In this document: piece after piece, positions 62,186-63,878 of the stretch
Layout: every line of letters starts with the position of its first letter
How positions within the stretch are numbered: the stretch's first letter is position 1
NCBI RefSeq assembly: GCF_001194135.2
Contig: NC_069004.1
Coordinates: 10,519,906-10,583,783, forward strand
Length of the DNA: 63,878 nt
Source of the DNA: Octopus bimaculoides
Lineage: Eukaryota
Reading direction: 5' to 3'
Translations under genes and position numbers: made by a program
Notes under the pieces: model-generated
The model's input: only the letters and a program-made list of their open reading frames with translations
What the model was told of the DNA's origin: nothing
Database searches by the model: none

Positions 62186-63878
62186 GTGAGTTGTGTTTAT
62201 TTTTGTTTTCTCTTAAGAGACATGTTTAAAAGTTTTGTCAGCTGTAGAAAGGCTTGGCGATGACATGCTTTATATCTTCTGTTTGTAGTCTATACGTTTT
62301 ATTTAACGTCGCTTTTTTTCTTTTTAATACAAATTTAGAGCCAAGTCGTGAAACACTCTTAGTGCTTATTAAACTCCAAATTTATAAATTCGACTTCAAT
62401 AGGCGCAGGAGTGGGTGTGTGGTAAGTAGATTGCTTACCAACCACATGGTTCCGGGTTCAGTCCCACTGCGTGGCACCTTGGGCAAGTGTCTTGTACTAT
62501 AGCCTCGGGCCGACCAAAGCTTTGAGAGTGGATTTGGTAGACGGAAACTGAAAGAAGCCCGTCGTATGTATATATATATATGTGTATGTTTGTGTGTCTG
62601 TGTTTGTCCCCCCAACATCGCTTGACAACCGATGCTGGTGTGTTTAGGTCCCCGTAACTTAGCGGTTCGGCAAAAAGAGACCGATAGAATAAGTACTAGG
62701 CTTACAAAGAATAAGTCCCGGGGTCGAGTTGATTCGACTAAAGGCGGTGCTCCAGCATGGCCGCAGTCAAATGACTGAAACAAGTAAAAGAATAAACACA
62801 CGGCAATAAATCCAAATCTTATTGATTATTCATTTTATTTTATGTCACAGTTTATGAACGATAGTGTCGTTTAGCGAGGTTGCCAATAAGTCCTGTCAGT
62901 GATTTATTATTTATTACTTTTCCTTAATATATTTTCCATAACGAAATTAATAACAAGACCAAAAATTCCTTTTTGCATTATTTACAATAACCAACTGTTG
63001 GACCGTGAACGACCTGTGTGACAGTTCTTTCGTTTCAGTCTTTTTCGTCTTATTAACTGTTGCATCTTCAATCCAGTTATTTTCAGTTTTGTTTTTCTAC
63101 TTCCTCTTGAACTTTTCCCCAATGACCAGTTATTCTTTAAAGACCATCTGTCCTTATGACATGACCAAAATATATAATAACCCTTTGCTTGTCCACATCT
63201 TTTACTGGACTCTATCCAATTCTGATTTGGTCGAGCACTAACTGATTTATCTTATCTTTCAGAAGTTAATTCTTAGTAGTCTTTTATCATCAATTTATTA
63301 ATGTTCAGTTAAATTTTCGTGTAGTTTACAAGTTCGATCTGAAACCACGCCGTTTCTGGTTCAGTCCCACTCTGGCTAATATGGACAAGTGTCTTTTACT
63401 ATAGTCCTGGGCCGACCTTCAGAGTGAATTTGTTAGACGGAAACTGTGGAAGACCGTCCTGTATTTATAAGGTGTGTAAAATTTACCGTAAGATCGTCAG
63501 GTGTATAAAGTTTACCGTTTATACCTCTCTACAACCTTCGTGTACATATTTTATCTTTTACTTGTTTCAGTCGTCGGACTGCGGCCATACTGGAGCACCG
63601 CCATGCAGAACTTAGTCGAACAAATTCCTCTCTGTATTTATCTTTTTATCTAAAAGCCTGGTGCTTATACTGTCGGCCCTTTGGCCGAACCGCATATTTG
63701 TGGTACCATAAACAAACCAACACCAGTTGGTGATGCATAACAAACATAAAGACACACACACACACACACACATATACACTCACATAAATGACGGACTCCT
63801 TTCAGTTTCCGTCTACAAAATCCACTCGCAAGGCTTTGGTCGGCCTGAGACCTATAGGGAACACACTCCCACGGTGCC

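Noticed and set aside
1-63878. CRISPR arrays, rRNA, prokaryotic operons or horizontally acquired genes
   Set aside because: None seen. The regularly recurring motifs are SINE fragments or minisatellites, and all coding segments have spliceosomal introns.

Overview
AT-rich, repeat-dense eukaryotic scaffold with 13 N-gaps. The SINE/LINE repertoire and microsatellites suggest an octopus (coleoid cephalopod) draft genome; this is inference. Four spliced + strand genes were assembled by hand from GT/AG sites with consistent intron phases: (1) the last two exons of an SLC2A13/HMIT-like sugar porter (487-3614); (2) HROB/C17orf53/MCM8IP (23858-33438, 8 exons, one exon end lost in a gap, first exon tentative); (3) a complete 11-exon GPKOW (42585-56433, 482 aa); (4) exon 1 of PGAP1 (62051-62185). 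An intact initiator tRNA-Met lies at 22784-22855. The rest is SINEs (four to five families), RTE, R4 and possibly HERO LINE relics, a mariner relic, several MITEs and fold-back palindromes. I found no confidently novel multi-gene system. The best leads are four minimal hammerhead-ribozyme-like motifs (one with a compensatory U3:A8 core), a young Merlin-like TIR element, long hairpins that could be A-to-I editing substrates, and a splice acceptor whose upstream tract is supplied by a SINE tail. Repeat coordinates are approximate and no database search was run.
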